Shown: positions 12,753 through 26,225 of the stretch, one piece after another
Position numbering within the stretch: position 1 is the stretch's first letter
How the letters are laid out: the number at the start of each line of letters is the position of its first letter
Origin: Podospora anserina
Lineage: Eukaryota
DNA: 64,000 nt
NCBI GenBank assembly: GCA_017654855.1
Contig: CM030332.1
Span: 5,518,001 to 5,582,000 of the forward strand
Direction of reading: 5' to 3'
The notes under the pieces: model-generated
Databases searched by the model: none
The model's input: the letters and a program-made list of their open reading frames with translations, nothing else
Told to the model about the DNA's origin: nothing
Made by a program: the position numbers and the translations under genes

Positions 12753-14289
12753 GGAAAGTGTTCGTCCTGTGCTTGGCGGGGTACATTGGACTTGCCCTCC
12801 ACGGGTGGGTGTTGGTCGGTGGATGATCTCACTGCAGATGCCAGTCTGGCTGGCAGTAGCACACATCAGCAGCATCTTACCTTACCTTACCTTACAGATG
12901 CCGCTTTGGATCATCACCACTGCCACTATCTGCCCATTCCTTCCCCAAACGGACATCTTCAAGAGTCAGTCCTTCGCTACAAGCCCAAGGGTCCTTGCCA
13001 GCAGTTCCAGGTAGAACCTCGGGCTGGATGTCTCAGCATCCGGGACCACACAGACAGTGGTTTCGTTTTATGCCCACCTGTGGATTTTTTCATCTCAACT
13101 TCCGTCGCAAGTACCCATAAGTTTCACAGCATGATGCATTTGAACCTGGCATCTGGGAAAACCTTTTCGTCGAGTCCAGCCCTGCGATCTTGCAGCAGGT
13201 TTTTTCCACCCCAGGTTGTCGCTCCTGCTCCTGTCGTCCCAAGCCAGAGACCGCCAATGCCGTCACTGTCAGTCTATCCTACGCTCGTGACAGCTGTGAT
13301 GCTCAGTCCAACATGCATTTATGATGGTCAGCGCCCCAGCTGAGCCGCAGAGGAGAATACGGCACCCAGGAACCTGGTCCTTTTCCCCGGATTCTCGGGC
13401 TCGGATCAGTCATCACCCAGAGAAACAGCCACAGACTTGCACGACGGGAGATGTATGGACCATTATGGTACGACTTGGGGTTCAAGGACAAGCCAGGCAC
13501 CAGGCATCCCCCAGGCCCCAGGTATCTGGGTCCAACGCTCCCGGTGGCCGGTGGCAGAGCCATCTAACTACAGGGAAGACGGTTCCATTATCATGCTCAT
13601 CAAGTCACCGGACCCGATTAGGATCTCGGCCGGTGAAGAATCACTAGGCGGTGCACGACGGATACGCGAGGGCCGTATACAGAACCGCAACCTCAATTCG
13701 CCGGCCCCTTCGAGAGCCGCACAGTACGCCCAAAAGTGAAGGGCATTCATTCTCACAGCTGGTGCTTCCTAATCGCCAGTTTCTAGGACAGTGTGGCTTA
13801 CTTGTGATGCAGGACAATGTCACCTTGCCCGAAGGCTGTTGCTCGCAGAGCCGGTCATCTGAAGTTTTGCTTGGACTGGCTGCTGATGTCCGGACATTGA
13901 TGACACCTAGCCGCACCATCTTTGGATGAGCCACCTCAGTCAAACCCCTCCTGCAAGGCACCGCACACCATCGGAACTCCTTCTTCCCATTGCTTACCTA
14001 CTCCGCAGCTACTCGCTGGATATTCGAGGGCAACTGTGGAAATGCTGACAGCTAAGCAGCAGTATCGGCATAAACTTCTCTGGCAAAGCGCTGGTTAACC
14101 ACCGTCATTGTTTGACCATGTTTGCGATCTTACTTCCGGGACTGACATGGTTTGCTTTGATCGTACGGTCATGCTCTCATGCTCATCTATACAGCCAAAT
14201 TTCCAACAGCCCGGCCACACCACACTGTCCCACCAAGTGTCTTTGAATGGGTCGCCTCTCTTCGAGTTCGCAAAACTACTGCAGCTCTA

Positions 14290-14680
14290 TAGCTTCAGTG
14301 TCTTTTTTCGGCTCTCTGGCGTGTGATTTCTTCCGGGTCGTAGCATCATCGCCCATGCGGCTGGGCTAGCGTCAAGCCACCCGCTGAGCTTCTTCATCGG
14401 ATCCCGACTCGGAGGACGGAGGTTGGGGATGGAGATGTGCTTCTTTGGAATCTCGGAGGCCGCTGTTCCCTCAGCAATGGCACTGTTCCCCACATTGATT
14501 TGTTTCTCTTGCTATCCTCTCTTGCGTACTTAAGTCTCAATTTGCGTAAGTTTGTCCAGTTGCTGGAAACTAGTTGTCCCGCCGTCACTTAACTGGATCT
14601 CCCGCTTCGAAGGTCCTGGAGAGCATAGCGTGCTTCTTGCAAGTGCTGGTGATCAAGACTGCTGAGAGCGTATCGGTTCG
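14290..14680 (-). pseudogene. Possible decayed coding relic, unidentified
   Basis: Protein-like frame FQQLDKLTQIET*VRKRG*QEKQINVGNSAIAEGTAASEIPKKH..., interrupted by TAA/TAG where CAA/CAG would fit. Confidence 0.25.
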
Positions 14681-16129
14681 TCTTTTAATTAGCCTGGAGG
14701 CCGTTTTTTCTTTTATTTAACTTAAACAAGGTTGCGCGTCCCCCTTTGGCTTGGGTCCTGGAACACTATTCGTAGCTCAAAGCAGCTGCAGGTCCTCCAG
14801 CGGGAACACGCGAACCAAAGCCGATGTACCGAGAGTTGCGTGGAACTCGTTGACCAATATGGACATGGCAATCTAAACGCTGGGCAATGCTATGTCTATG
14901 TAGTGCGGTGGTTTCTATTTCTAGCCGCTTCTTTTCCTTCTCTCTCGGGGTCTGGGAGGCTACGGTATGTTCCTTGCAGGGGAAAATTCTTGACAGATAG
15001 AGAGATACAACATCACTGGCATCATGCTGTGGTTTGTTGAACATACGCACGGGCATACCTGCCAAGGGTGATCGGCTTGTGTAGTATAGTTCATTCCTCC
15101 GACAATCTAGATCTGTTCGCTTTAGGGAACGGCGATCCTCACCAAAGACCGATGACGATTTTGTCCTCCCTGTGAGGTGTGTCGGGTAAGGGGAAGCTTG
15201 AAACTTGACAAGAATTCAACGACATTTCCGCCAGCCGAGGCTGTCCGGTCACTTGTCGAGTCTTCGATCGAGGGAATACAGTTTCAATTGAGGCTAATTG
15301 AAACCACAATATGAGCCCCCCCGCCCCCCACGTATCTTGTCCTTTATTTTTCTTTGACGTCAACAAAAAAACACACAAATCCCGTTTTCTTTGTTCGACT
15401 GTTGTAAAACCGTTGGAAGAAGATTGGGGCCAGGAATCGCTCCTTGGGACCCCGCAATTCATCCAGCCAATCGGGACTCAGGAGCCGCTCTTTCACCAGG
15501 CCAAGAGTCGCTGACATCAGCAGCAAGGGGACAAGGCCCGGGGGGGGGGTGGGGGGGCAGGGTCAGCTAACCCCAACCCTCCGTTGAGCTGGGACCCCTC
15601 TCTTGAACGTGGTGAGTGGGGCAGCTGAGTTCCACTTCCTCCAACGGCCGAGCCGGGTCTGTCATGGTCTCTTGGTCAGGGGTAGGGTTAACTTTCGACA
15701 GGGCCCTTTTCCCAGACACGACGACCTGCGACGTTATCTGCTTCAAAAGTTATCGACGGCTTGTGTTTAGCTGCGTCTATGGTAGCCGTGGCCTGGGGGT
15801 TTATGTTTCATGATTTTCATCTTGGTTTTCTATTGATTCCCTTTGGTAGGGCGATCTTGTTTCCTTCTGTTCTTCTTCAGGGGGGTTTTCCTGAAGCGGT
15901 CGGTTTGTCGCGATCCCTGAAAATAAGCATTTGACGCGATTGATATCAAGACCCTGCTTTCCCCCTTTTTTGTTCCTCTTGACCTTGCAAAGTTGCAACC
16001 GTCATTTGCTTTTGGGTTTTCTTCGGTCGGTCTTTTTCTATTTTTCTAGGCATTCAGGAACTTTCCGTTTTAGCAAGACGACAGTCGGAATTGGGGCATT
16101 CACAGCATTGCAAGGAGACACCAAGCAAG

Positions 16130-17042
16130 ATGTTCTCCGGCCTGGCGCAAAAGGCAGCGCTCAAAAAAATCGGCTTGCCATCTGACACCTTCTCACAAAT
16201 CTCCAACGCCTTCAGCAATGACACCTCGTCATCACCACAACCGTCCAGGCAACCAAACAAACTCAGGAAATCACCCCCAGACCCCAACAACACCGACAAC
16301 AAATCCTGGTTCTCGGTTTCCTCCCTCCCACTAACCGTCCAACCCTGGCTCTCCCCACCACCACCCCCAGTCCCAGTTTCCAAACCCCCCAGAATAGGCG
16401 ACCTAGCTCCCACGGACCCAGACCGCATCTTATCACCGCAACTCGGCCCCTCAGGTGGAAACCGCAAGACAATCGTTGTCTTTCTCCGCTGCGTCGGTTG
16501 TGCCTGTAAGCTCCCCATTCGTCCCACCCCTCTCACAAAACAGCACATATCTAACCTCCCCCAAAGTCGCCCAACAAACCTTCACCGACCTCCGCAACCT
16601 CTCCCTCAAACACCGCGATGTAGCCTTCCTAGCAGTATCCCACTCCTCCCCCGCCGCCACAGAGAAATGGGTTTCCCTCATCGGCGGCAAGGGCAACGTC
16701 AAGATCGTCTACGACCCCCAACGCAAGATCTACGCTAGCTGGGGCATGGGGACGGGTGGGTGGGGCTACTTGCTGAACGTGAACACGCAGGTGAACGGGT
16801 TCAAGACGAAGGGGTGGTTGGGAACGACTGTGGCGGCGAGTGTGGAGAGGACAGAGGGGTTTAGTTCGATGAAGAGGCTGGGGCAGGGGGAGGTGGAGGA
16901 GGGGATGAAGATGGGGAATAAGTGGCAGGAGGCTGGGGGGTGGGCGGTGGATGGGAGGGGGAGGGTGGTTTGGGGGGGGAAGCTTGCAAAGGCGGATGAG
17001 AGTTTGGGGTTGGAGGAGGGGGTGAGTCTGTTGAAATTGTGA
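16130..17042 (+). CDS. Thioredoxin-fold AhpC/TSA-like (PRXL2/FAM213-like) protein
   Basis: Exons 16130-16505 and 16567-17042. Intron GTAAGC...CTAAC...CAAAG. The spliced product gives VFLRCVGCAFAQ (CxxC), VYDPQRKIYASWG and KWQEAGGWAVDGRG. Confidence 0.85.
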
Positions 17043-18205
17043 TGATGAGAGGGGGTGAAAAGTAGGGTTTGTTATGATGTGATGATTTTGGGGGTTTACT
17101 TTGGAGTTTAGGCGTTTGTGTATCGAATATTTGGGTGGGCATGGGATCTGAATACGACCAGGATCAGAACGGAGCTCAACATGAGCTTGCTAAGCCCATG
17201 AAAATGCCATTCAACTCATTCCAATCCCTGAACTTTTGTTCCACCATCTCTGGAGACTCTTCTGCAATAAGACTCTAAAAGGGCTAGATCTCACCCCCAT
17301 CCACTCCAGGCGCTTACTCACCCCTAGCCCAGCACCATCACGTTTCTCCTACCCTCTTTCTGCTTCTGATTGGCCAATACGGCATATAAACGTCTATTGC
17401 AGAATGTATTGGCTGACATCTATCCGTACCTAACCTAAACCCTCAACATTTCCTACAGGGGCGAGGCTAGGCTGCACCTCGGCCACCACCACCACCAGCA
17501 TCCATTGCGGATCAAATTCCGCTTGCAAGGCCAGATCACAACCGGTCTGGCAGTCAACTCGAGGCTATGTGCAGAGGACACAGTAAGGTTCGGCACGTCG
17601 TGGATGGAGCATGTGCCGCTGGGGAGGCAGGCAGGGCCACAAAAACAGACCGAGAGACCTACCGACTCGGCCGAGAGGGGCATGCAGAGTCCCTTACAGC
17701 GCCGTAGCTGTAAGGCTGTCAAGTTTCCGGGGTAAGGTTGATGCCTTCGGGTAAGGCAGAGATGTTCTCGCAAAGGAAAGGGAGGTTTGTGCGGCGATTG
17801 GTGGCTGGTTGTGAAAAGACCCCCCCCCCCTTGGATGAGTCACAAAACCCCGATCGAATTTGGGCATATTACATCAAAAGTCGATGCCCTTGCAACACCA
17901 ACGCGAGATACGGTTGTCATCGTTCCTACTCAAAAGCAGGCAGTACTTTTTTACAAGCCTTGAGATGCTCCTCCTACCAAGGCAGAAAAGTACTAACCCC
18001 AAGATAAGGTGCATAATGTTTGCACCCTGGGCATCCAACACACACCCACCCGTGCCACAAACAACGTCATAATCACGCCGTGCAACATGTTCACCACATT
18101 TGAACCCTCCGCTCCCGGAAAACAACGGGTCTCGGTTTCGGGGGACGGAAAATCGGAAAGATTCAGCCCGGAACATCGTGTTATACGGCAGGCAGCCGAG
18201 ACCAC

Positions 18206-18233
18206 ACCACCACCACCACCACCACCACCACCA
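18206..18233. repeat. (ACC)n microsatellite
   Basis: Read directly. Confidence 0.9.
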
Positions 18234-19914
18234 ACTCCCCAGAGGACTTACATCTTTTCCAAGCAGGCCCCCCGTCCTAGCCCCCAAAGAGGCAACTTTT
18301 GAATCAAACCTCACAAAAACAACCCGACCTTGAGACAAGAGCTTGGTTATTCACCTTCTACCACCACACCACCCCCTGTCCTTTTGCCCAGAACCGCCCC
18401 CGTAAGCACAATATGCACTGTCAAAAAATAGGAGGTTTGTTTACATCCCCCCCCCTTTACCACATCGTGTTTCCCCCCCAACACCAACACCATACTGAAT
18501 CAAGTTGACAACCAACCAAAAAAATTGCATATTATTAGGTGTGTGAAAAGTACAAAGGTAGCTTGTAGTAAATAAAAAATGGAATCCCTTCCAGCCCACA
18601 AAGTGATGCTGTCAGTGTGAAAAAAAACCCCATGGTGATAATTTGCCAGATGCATAATCGCAACTCTCAACCCTCCAATCCCTCAAATGTTAAAAGCAAT
18701 AATAACCCCGCACGACCAACCCCAGAAATATATGTTGTTTCCTTCTCTTCGCCCCCCATCCAACACCCAAAAGGCCCGGGGAAAAACACATGTCCTACTC
18801 CCTCAAAGCTTGAGACCCGACCCTGAAAGAATTCACCCAAAAACAATCCACCAGTGTGTCCCCCAACCCCAGTCTTCACCTCCATCCCGACATCCCACCC
18901 AGATATCTCCATCTCCTTGCCTATTAGCCACCATGCCAAATATACACCACCCACCCTTTTCTCACCCTCCACCACTCACTGCCCACTATCCCTTCAACCT
19001 CCTCCACACAACCTCACCACAAACAACACCAAAAGCCACACTCAAAAACAAACCCGCTTGCAATTCTCTCGAAGCCAACTATGATAATAACAAAGTAGAT
19101 AAGTTTTTGTTTTTCCCCTCAGGCATGTCTTTACCCTCCATGCAAAAGCAAAAATAAAAGATGTAATAACCCCCCACTTTCCCTCAAGACTAGGAAAAAC
19201 AAATCCCAAGAATAACACCACCGCCTTAACCTCCCACCAATCCCGACCCCCAATCCCCCCATGTGCATTTGTTCTTGTTCCGTCCTCCTCTTAACACCCT
19301 TCCAAATACCTACCCCCCCCTCCCCCCTCCCTCCCCCTCTCGAAAACACCATGAGCAAAAGGTAACAACAAGAGTAGCACACAAAGACGCCTCAGTGTAA
19401 AAAAAAAGTGAATAAGAGCCCACCAAAACCCAACCAACCACCAACACACCACCAATGCAGAAAACAAAACAAAACAAAACAAAAACAAAAATCCCAATTT
19501 CCTCCTCTTTTTTGTTTTCCCCCACCTTCAAAACCCCACAATCAGCCTTCCACCAAACCCATCCATCATCCATCCCCCCTTGATGTTTGCTGTGCAACCC
19601 AAAAGTAACACTTGACGCGCCTCCCGCCAGATTCCCATATAACAATGCCCAATTGCCCCACGCCAAGTACCATAAAACACCAAATGTCTTGATCTCCACC
19701 TTTTTTAAAACCCATTTGACCAGCGAAAAAGCGCCTCATGATCGTACCCCCAATCCGCCGTCCTGCGTTATTGTTGTTGTAGTTGTTGTTGTTGTTGTCG
19801 CTGTGCGTGTATAGCTGCACAAAAATCCCCGCCTAGACTGACTCCATCAGAAAAACCTAAATGTTGTGTTGGTTGCAGGGCAGTTTGTATGGTAAAAAAT
19901 CTTCCACCACCTGA

Positions 19915-21772
19915 TTAACCCCAGACGCTAGCCTGGGGCTTGCTATTGCCCCAACCACCACGACCGCCACCCCAGCCGCCCAGCCCAACATTCCCAGCAG
20001 TCTCAGCCGTGGCCGAGGCAGGAGCAAGGGCCGCCCCGTTATCCTCAGCACCCCCAACACTGTAACCTTGGCTCAAAGGCGAAGGCAACGGAGTCGTCGA
20101 CCGTTTGTTCAAAACCGGGTTCGACGGCGATCCGCCGCTCACCGAAGGGCGAGTCCCAATGGGAGCAACAGACCCCTGGCCGGGCTTGCCGCCCTGAGAG
20201 GCCTGGCGAGGCGGGGACCCTCCGGGAGAAGAAGCGCTGGTGCGAGTCGTTTGCTGAGCCAGAGGGGCGTCGTACATACCCTTTCCTCCACCGCCGGGGT
20301 TCGACTGAGGGCTCGAGTTGCTGTTGGCGCGTGCCTGGTCGTTGCCTCCGGCAGATGCAAGTCCCTGTCCGCCCTCCAAAGGACCCTGGGCGCTGGGATC
20401 AATCTGGCCCAAAGAAGCACGGCCAGAATCATACATGGGACCCCCGCCATAGAAGCCGCGAGCCTGGGGAGGAGGGGGGCCACCAGGAAATTCACCCTCG
20501 CCGTACAGTGCCTGGCGTTGTTGAGCAATAAGCTTCCGGCGCTCTTCCTCAGGCAGGCTGTTTGGGCTCAAGGTGCGGTCGGGCTTGTTAAACCCAGCAG
20601 GATCGACGATGGCAGCTAGAGGAAAAGTTGGCGTTAGCTTATAGTCTCCCAAAATGGATCTTGCCGGGAAGGAACAGTTAGGAAAAATAAGTGTAGACAG
20701 GGAGATCCGCCCCAAAACATCCTCGTATACACAGTTTAGGAAGCACAGGACCATGTGGCGTCGAACCGCACTTGTGGCACAACACAGTTTGGGGACAGAA
20801 GCGGATGAAGCCCCAAAAAAGGTGCCAAGCGCTTCTATTTTGTTTTTTTCTGATTTTTTTTTTGTTTTGTCTTTGGTGTGATATGGTAGGAAGGTTTCTG
20901 ATGCTATACAGAAGAGGGCGGCCTACTCCGGTTGTATTGCTGCTCCTGATGGTAATTACGAAGCTCACGCTCCCGCTGAGCAGCCATTCTCCTCTTGGCC
21001 TGCATCATCTGCTCCGCCTCGTTCGAGCCGCGCGAGGTCTGGTGCCGCTGCGATGCGTAGAAGTTCTGCAGGTTGGTCGGGTTCTGGTGAGGAGGACCCC
21101 CGCGGACATCACCAAAGTCGGCCACGGAGTGGGGACGGGATCCGGGGCCACCGCCGGGAGCACGGGGATCTGGATGATTCAAATGTCAGTGGGTCGGGGC
21201 TCATCAGCACTGGCCCGGCCAGCCCCAGACTATACTCACCGAAGCCTGGGTATCTCCTGGGTGCAGCAATCATGTTAGGAGGAACAAACTCACGACGACC
21301 ACCCACGCCAGGCGCTCCATACATCTTCCCGCTCTTGAGCAGGTTGTCGATGGCACGGTCAACCTCTGCACAGCATCAATGTCAGTGGATATTGCCCCAA
21401 GCCCCTATTTTCCATCAAACATTCCACCGTTTCCAGCCACAACAGCATGTTGTTCTTGTTGGATGGGTTGGGTTCGGATGTATTCGTGATGGTAAAGTAT
21501 AAATCGGCGGTAGAAAAGTGCAGGTTTCAAACATACCCTCGAGCTGGTGGGAAAACGCCGCAGGCTCCTCGCGGGGGATGACCGAACTAGCACCTGCATG
21601 GGAGTTGTGTTATCAGCAAAAGGAACGACGTCTATTAACAATCGAAGCCCAAAAGGGTGAGCGACATACCGGACCGCGCGGGAGGAGGGGTCTGGTGATC
21701 CCAGCCGCCACCGACCTGAGGAGGAGGAGCGGGAGGCCATTGCGATTGCGAATTCTCGTAGTATGCCGCCAT
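19915..21772 (-). CDS. Conserved Pezizomycotina low-complexity protein of unknown function (5 exons)
   Basis: Exons 21772-21670, 21593-21537, 21365-21240, 21169-20927 and 20615-19915. All four GT-AG introns join in frame. Ordered blocks EVDRAIDNLLKSGK, QAKRRMAAQRERELRNYHQEQQYNR and EERRKLIAQQRQALYG lie in a G/P/S/Q-rich background. Confidence 0.85.
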
Positions 21773-24308
21773 GGTGTCGAGATGGTGTTTTGATCAGAGG
21801 TTCTGGGCCCAAAGGTCGCAGCAAAACAAGCCGGAGAGAAAGTGACGGAGTCCGATCAGGGATTGACTCTGCAACGGTTTTCCAGTCAGTGTCAGTCAGA
21901 GATTAATATTTCGCAAGACCGTGTAAACAATCAAGAAACCAAGAAACAAGGTTCGGGAGGCGGGCGACGAGTTCCAAAAAAGTACACGAGTGCCCCAGCA
22001 GCCAAACACACACACACACACATAAAAAAAAAAGAAGCTTCGGGCGTTGTTCCTTCGTCAAGGAGAAGGTGAAGCGCGACTTGCGCAGCTGTCGAGCCGT
22101 CAGGGTGAGAAAAATTCGATTGCCGCCCCCGACCGACGGTCGCTTCCTCTTTCGACTGACGGCCTTTGCCGTACAACCAGACACTCGCAACCGGTGACCA
22201 GTTGAGTGATCAGACACCACACAGAGCCAGACAGCGTGGAGACACACACACAACGCCTCAGGCCGCCCGCCAGCTCAGCCCAATCCCAAGGTAAGGCAGG
22301 TAGGAATAACCCACCCACCTCTCCTCACCGCATGACAAGTCGACTCGACAAACACAACACAGACAACACAAGGCACTCACCAGAGGAAAAAAAAGTCAAC
22401 TCGCACCTTTCGCTGAAAGGTCCCGGTGTGATTCAAAACTGTTGGCAAGTGGCAACAACACTCAACAGAGCCCCGAAGAGGAGGAGGAGAGGGAAAGAGA
22501 AAAAAAAAGGTCGCACGCACCCCAACGCGCCAGGTAATTTTAGTCGCTGGCTGAGAGTGGAGGGTTGCGTTAGGATGAAAAGACCGGGGAGATGGAGGTT
22601 CTTGGGCCCCGGCGCAAAGGACAGCGGGACGTGGGTCGATCGGCCTGACGTGGGTGGCAGGGGCCTTGTCCAGTGATTATCCCCCTTTTCAGAGTATTTT
22701 ATATCAATAGGTAGGTAGTTTGCTTGAGAAGCAGTCATCAAGCAGAAGGAATAGGAATGATTCCGCAGTTCTGCAAGCTGCCTGCTGGGATGGTCAGGCA
22801 GCTCAAAGGTCTGTATGTAGCATGTCACCTAACAAGGTACCTTACATGTCATGTCATCCACCACCTAAAGCTAGCCCAGGCCACTGCCTTCTTCAGCAAA
22901 ATCTGCCCTGCCTTACAGGACTGACTGCTCAACCAACAAACTGGAAACTACTTTGGAGAGTATCCTTTGGGATGAAAGCTGGAGGGGCGCCACACGCTGG
23001 TTGTCACTTTCTGCAGAAGAACGCTAACGATGTCCCGATGTCCAGGGTGGCCTGGGAAAGGCTTCCACCATCGAAACGCGATAACGGAGAACGGAAATGA
23101 CGACGATGAGAAAGTCACGCCAGTTTTCATGAGCGAAACATCGGCAATGTCTATCAGTTGTAACCATGGTCACATACCGAGCTTTTCGGGATGGGGGTCG
23201 AATCCATGGGACTGGCCTCGGTGGCTCTCGGAAGGTTTGCACGCTTTTGCAACCGAATTCCAATCCATCGAATCTTCAAGGTTCTCCCATCTGAGATCTG
23301 CCGAGAAGAGCATCCGCCGTTCGCCTCTCTTTTCTACTTTGATATCAACCTTGGGCACTGCGCACTCTTTCTTTCTTTCTTCTGCTTGAATGGGCCCCCA
23401 ATCATCTCCTGCTCCCACAAGCCTAATTGCATGTGAACCGAGAGGTGACACAAAGGCTGTTGCAACAAAGTGTCAAGAAGGTCCGTCATTGGCACGCCGA
23501 GGCTGATTTGAGAAATCGAGAGACGCATCAACTCCAATGAACCCGGGACCTTGGCCAAGCGGGTTCGGCACAAACCAAGGTGGGCACCCGATACCTCCCC
23601 GTGATAGCGTCACTGCTTCAGTCCCCGAAAAGGGAAGGCCGCACCGCGAATAGGGGAAGCCGGCGGTCGATGCCGTCCGGGAAGAGCTTTTGAAGAACTT
23701 TGTTGAAGAAGAACTTGCTGTCCCAAACCATGAGCCAATGGACGATCTGGCTTCGCAACACGATGAGCGCTGACAACATGACAGCCGGTATCAATCGTCG
23801 AAGTCCCCATCTCTTGCGATGCCTTGATGTTCTACAATCTAAAATGTCCCAATTACCTAATAAATAGTCCGGGCGCGATTGCGAAATGCGGTGTCATATG
23901 GTCCCCGTCTTCAACACTTCCCACTGTTCTCGTTCCCACTCTCGGGAAGGAGTTCCCAGCAGAGTGGTGAACGTTGCGGACCCTACACTAGGAATGGCTC
24001 CCTAGCGCCTCCGCAGGGGTCTGTTTGGATCTTGGTAATCGGGTATGATTATAGGGGCCTGGTACTGCTACCTTCTTGTCTCCTATATTATGTCTGTCTC
24101 TTCGCCAGTCTGTATCCGGGCCTTTTTGTTATTGTTTTCGGCTTCTTCGGGTTCTGTACCGGAGCCATATTCAGTCTGTCTCTGCTCTGCTCTGCTCTGC
24201 ATCGGCGTTACGTTGCAAAGGCGTTTCGAAAGCTTCAGACAGCGGCATGTGGACTTTTTTTATGCCGACTTTCATGGAAAAGTGTGGGGTTGAGTGAGGG
24301 GTAGTTCA

Positions 24309-26225
24309 GAGTTCGGACAAGATCGACCCGCCAGCTTTCCCTAACTTCAACTTCATTTGGAATGCTATACAGAGCGGCATCGGATTGACAGACTTTGGAA
24401 GCCCTATCGACATGTACAGCCTGTCCGGAAGCTTTCTTACCCGGTACATCTCTGCAGTAGTCCTCTGCACTATGGACTGGCTAGGCTTGATATTTGATAA
24501 AAATGGCAATGGGCTCAAACAATAACCGCCTTCCACAACAGCAACTTAAAATCGATCAGTTGACAGCTGCAACTTCATATTAACACTTGAGCTTCCCAAA
24601 GCCGGGACTGACTAAGCTCGCCGGAATCTCCTGTGGCCTGGTTTGCCAATGGTACTGGGAGCTTGTCCGAAGGAGCTGCTGTGTTGGGATCTTTGACATC
24701 AGGTATCTAACCTCTGGAGGCAGACATTTGTAGAACGACCACACAGCCACTGCTGACATGACTCCCAACAAACTTCAACTTCCTCACCACAAACCGACCA
24801 GGCAGAAATCGTCTGTATGAACTGCTATGTTACGTAGAAGAATCCCGAGAATCCCTAGCGGGCCGATTTGAATTTCTCCCAAGGCGCGCTGTACGCGGCG
24901 GTTTTTTAGAAACTCAGCAAGCTTTGCTGACAATTATCCAGGAAACGATGGCTGTGGCCAATATGCGCCAAGTTCACAGTCGCCCAGGCAAACAGATGGT
25001 GTGAGGGGGGAATGCATCACTCGCATCCGTCGCACGACATGTGCATCACGGCCATAGAAAGTCATCACGTTCTATTGACCAATGTCATGAAATGGTTTGA
25101 CGACCCACCGCTCCATTTAACGCGCCAACTATAGGCCCGAGTCCCGTTGTGGGATTCATCGTAACTGCCCGCTCCAAGATGTTGAGGATAAGCGTGGGGT
25201 GTAGCTTCGGGGAAGACGAGAGACATTTCTACACCGTTCTCAGACAATGCCGCCATGGAATACTTAAGACATCACCAGACAGGCACAGCATATATTTCCC
25301 CCCAAGCTCGCCCAATACCGTTACGGAATCGACCGGGTCTGGCCACTCAGCATGCCGTCCTTTACTGCTATTTCGCTCATATCACCAACGGGGGGACGGC
25401 CAGGTCACGGTTTCTTCGGCGTTTAGACGGTCTGGTTTGGGCCTCATCGGCCACGCTCCCCGAGAGCGGAAGGCCATTCTTGCACAGTCAGCCTGGCTGC
25501 CTTCCAAAAGCTTCCGTGCAGATGGTTCTCTGCACGCCGTCAAACAAGGACTTGGAACTCTTCTGCAGCAACCCCGCAGTGTCACATGCCTATTGGCTAG
25601 GTCGTCGATACGGACCGCTTTGACGTTGTTGACTTTTGGCATCATATCGAAATGGATCAGTTACACTTGCCTCAAAGGCCGAGGACCGGCGTGGTCGCGT
25701 GGTCGCGTGGTCGCGTGGTCGGCTCTATATCTGGCATGTATGAGCTTTGCTCTGGTATTGCAAATCTTGAATCGTGATGGGCATCAACCACGAAGCTTCC
25801 CGTGTGCTTCTAGATGTATCTATGCTTCGGGATCGCATAGCCAACTCATCCGGAACTGGGACACATGAACACCTATGCTACTGCGTCCCAGTCATACCAG
25901 TTGTCGGGGCAGCACGACCTCGTCAGTCAACCTACTGTGCCCTGAACGTGGGTATACAACAGCCACATGGCATCGAAGTCCATGGTCGATGCCCGAGATG
26001 GTGTTTGATCTACATGATCTCCGTAAAACACCAATCAAGGAAGCGGCGGCAACTGTCAATAGAGCAATACGACACGCAAATGTCTCCGGTCTCCCGGTTT
26101 CCATATCAGGCAAGTATGACAATGGCCAGCAAACAGCTCGTGTTCGTCTGGTGGGGGGTTGGAACTTTGGGGGCCAAGGTGACACAGATGGTTCCTGTCA
26201 AGAGCTGAAATTTTCTCCAGTCTAA
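24309..26225 (+). pseudogene. Possible decayed gene fragments, unidentified
   Basis: A start-less open stretch SSDKIDPPAFPNFNFIWNAIQSGIGLTDFGSPIDMYS... with C-ending codons is followed by TAA stops. A second protein-like piece, MVFDLHDLRKTPIKEAAATVNRAIRHANVSG..., ends at 26225. Confidence 0.25.
25690..25721. repeat. 8-bp tandem repeat CGTGGTCG x4
   Basis: Read directly. Confidence 0.85.

Noticed and set aside
15540..15557. Poly-G tract as a functional G-quadruplex
   Set aside because: G and C runs are common throughout this window, and nothing specific supports this one.
17020..17042. Peroxisomal PTS1 (LKL*) or stop-readthrough signals
   Set aside because: The tripeptide is non-canonical, and no TGA-CTA context was seen at the stops I checked.
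20700..20830. Canonical H/ACA snoRNA in the double-hairpin intron
   Set aside because: There is no ANANNA box between the hairpins. Kept only as a generic structured element.
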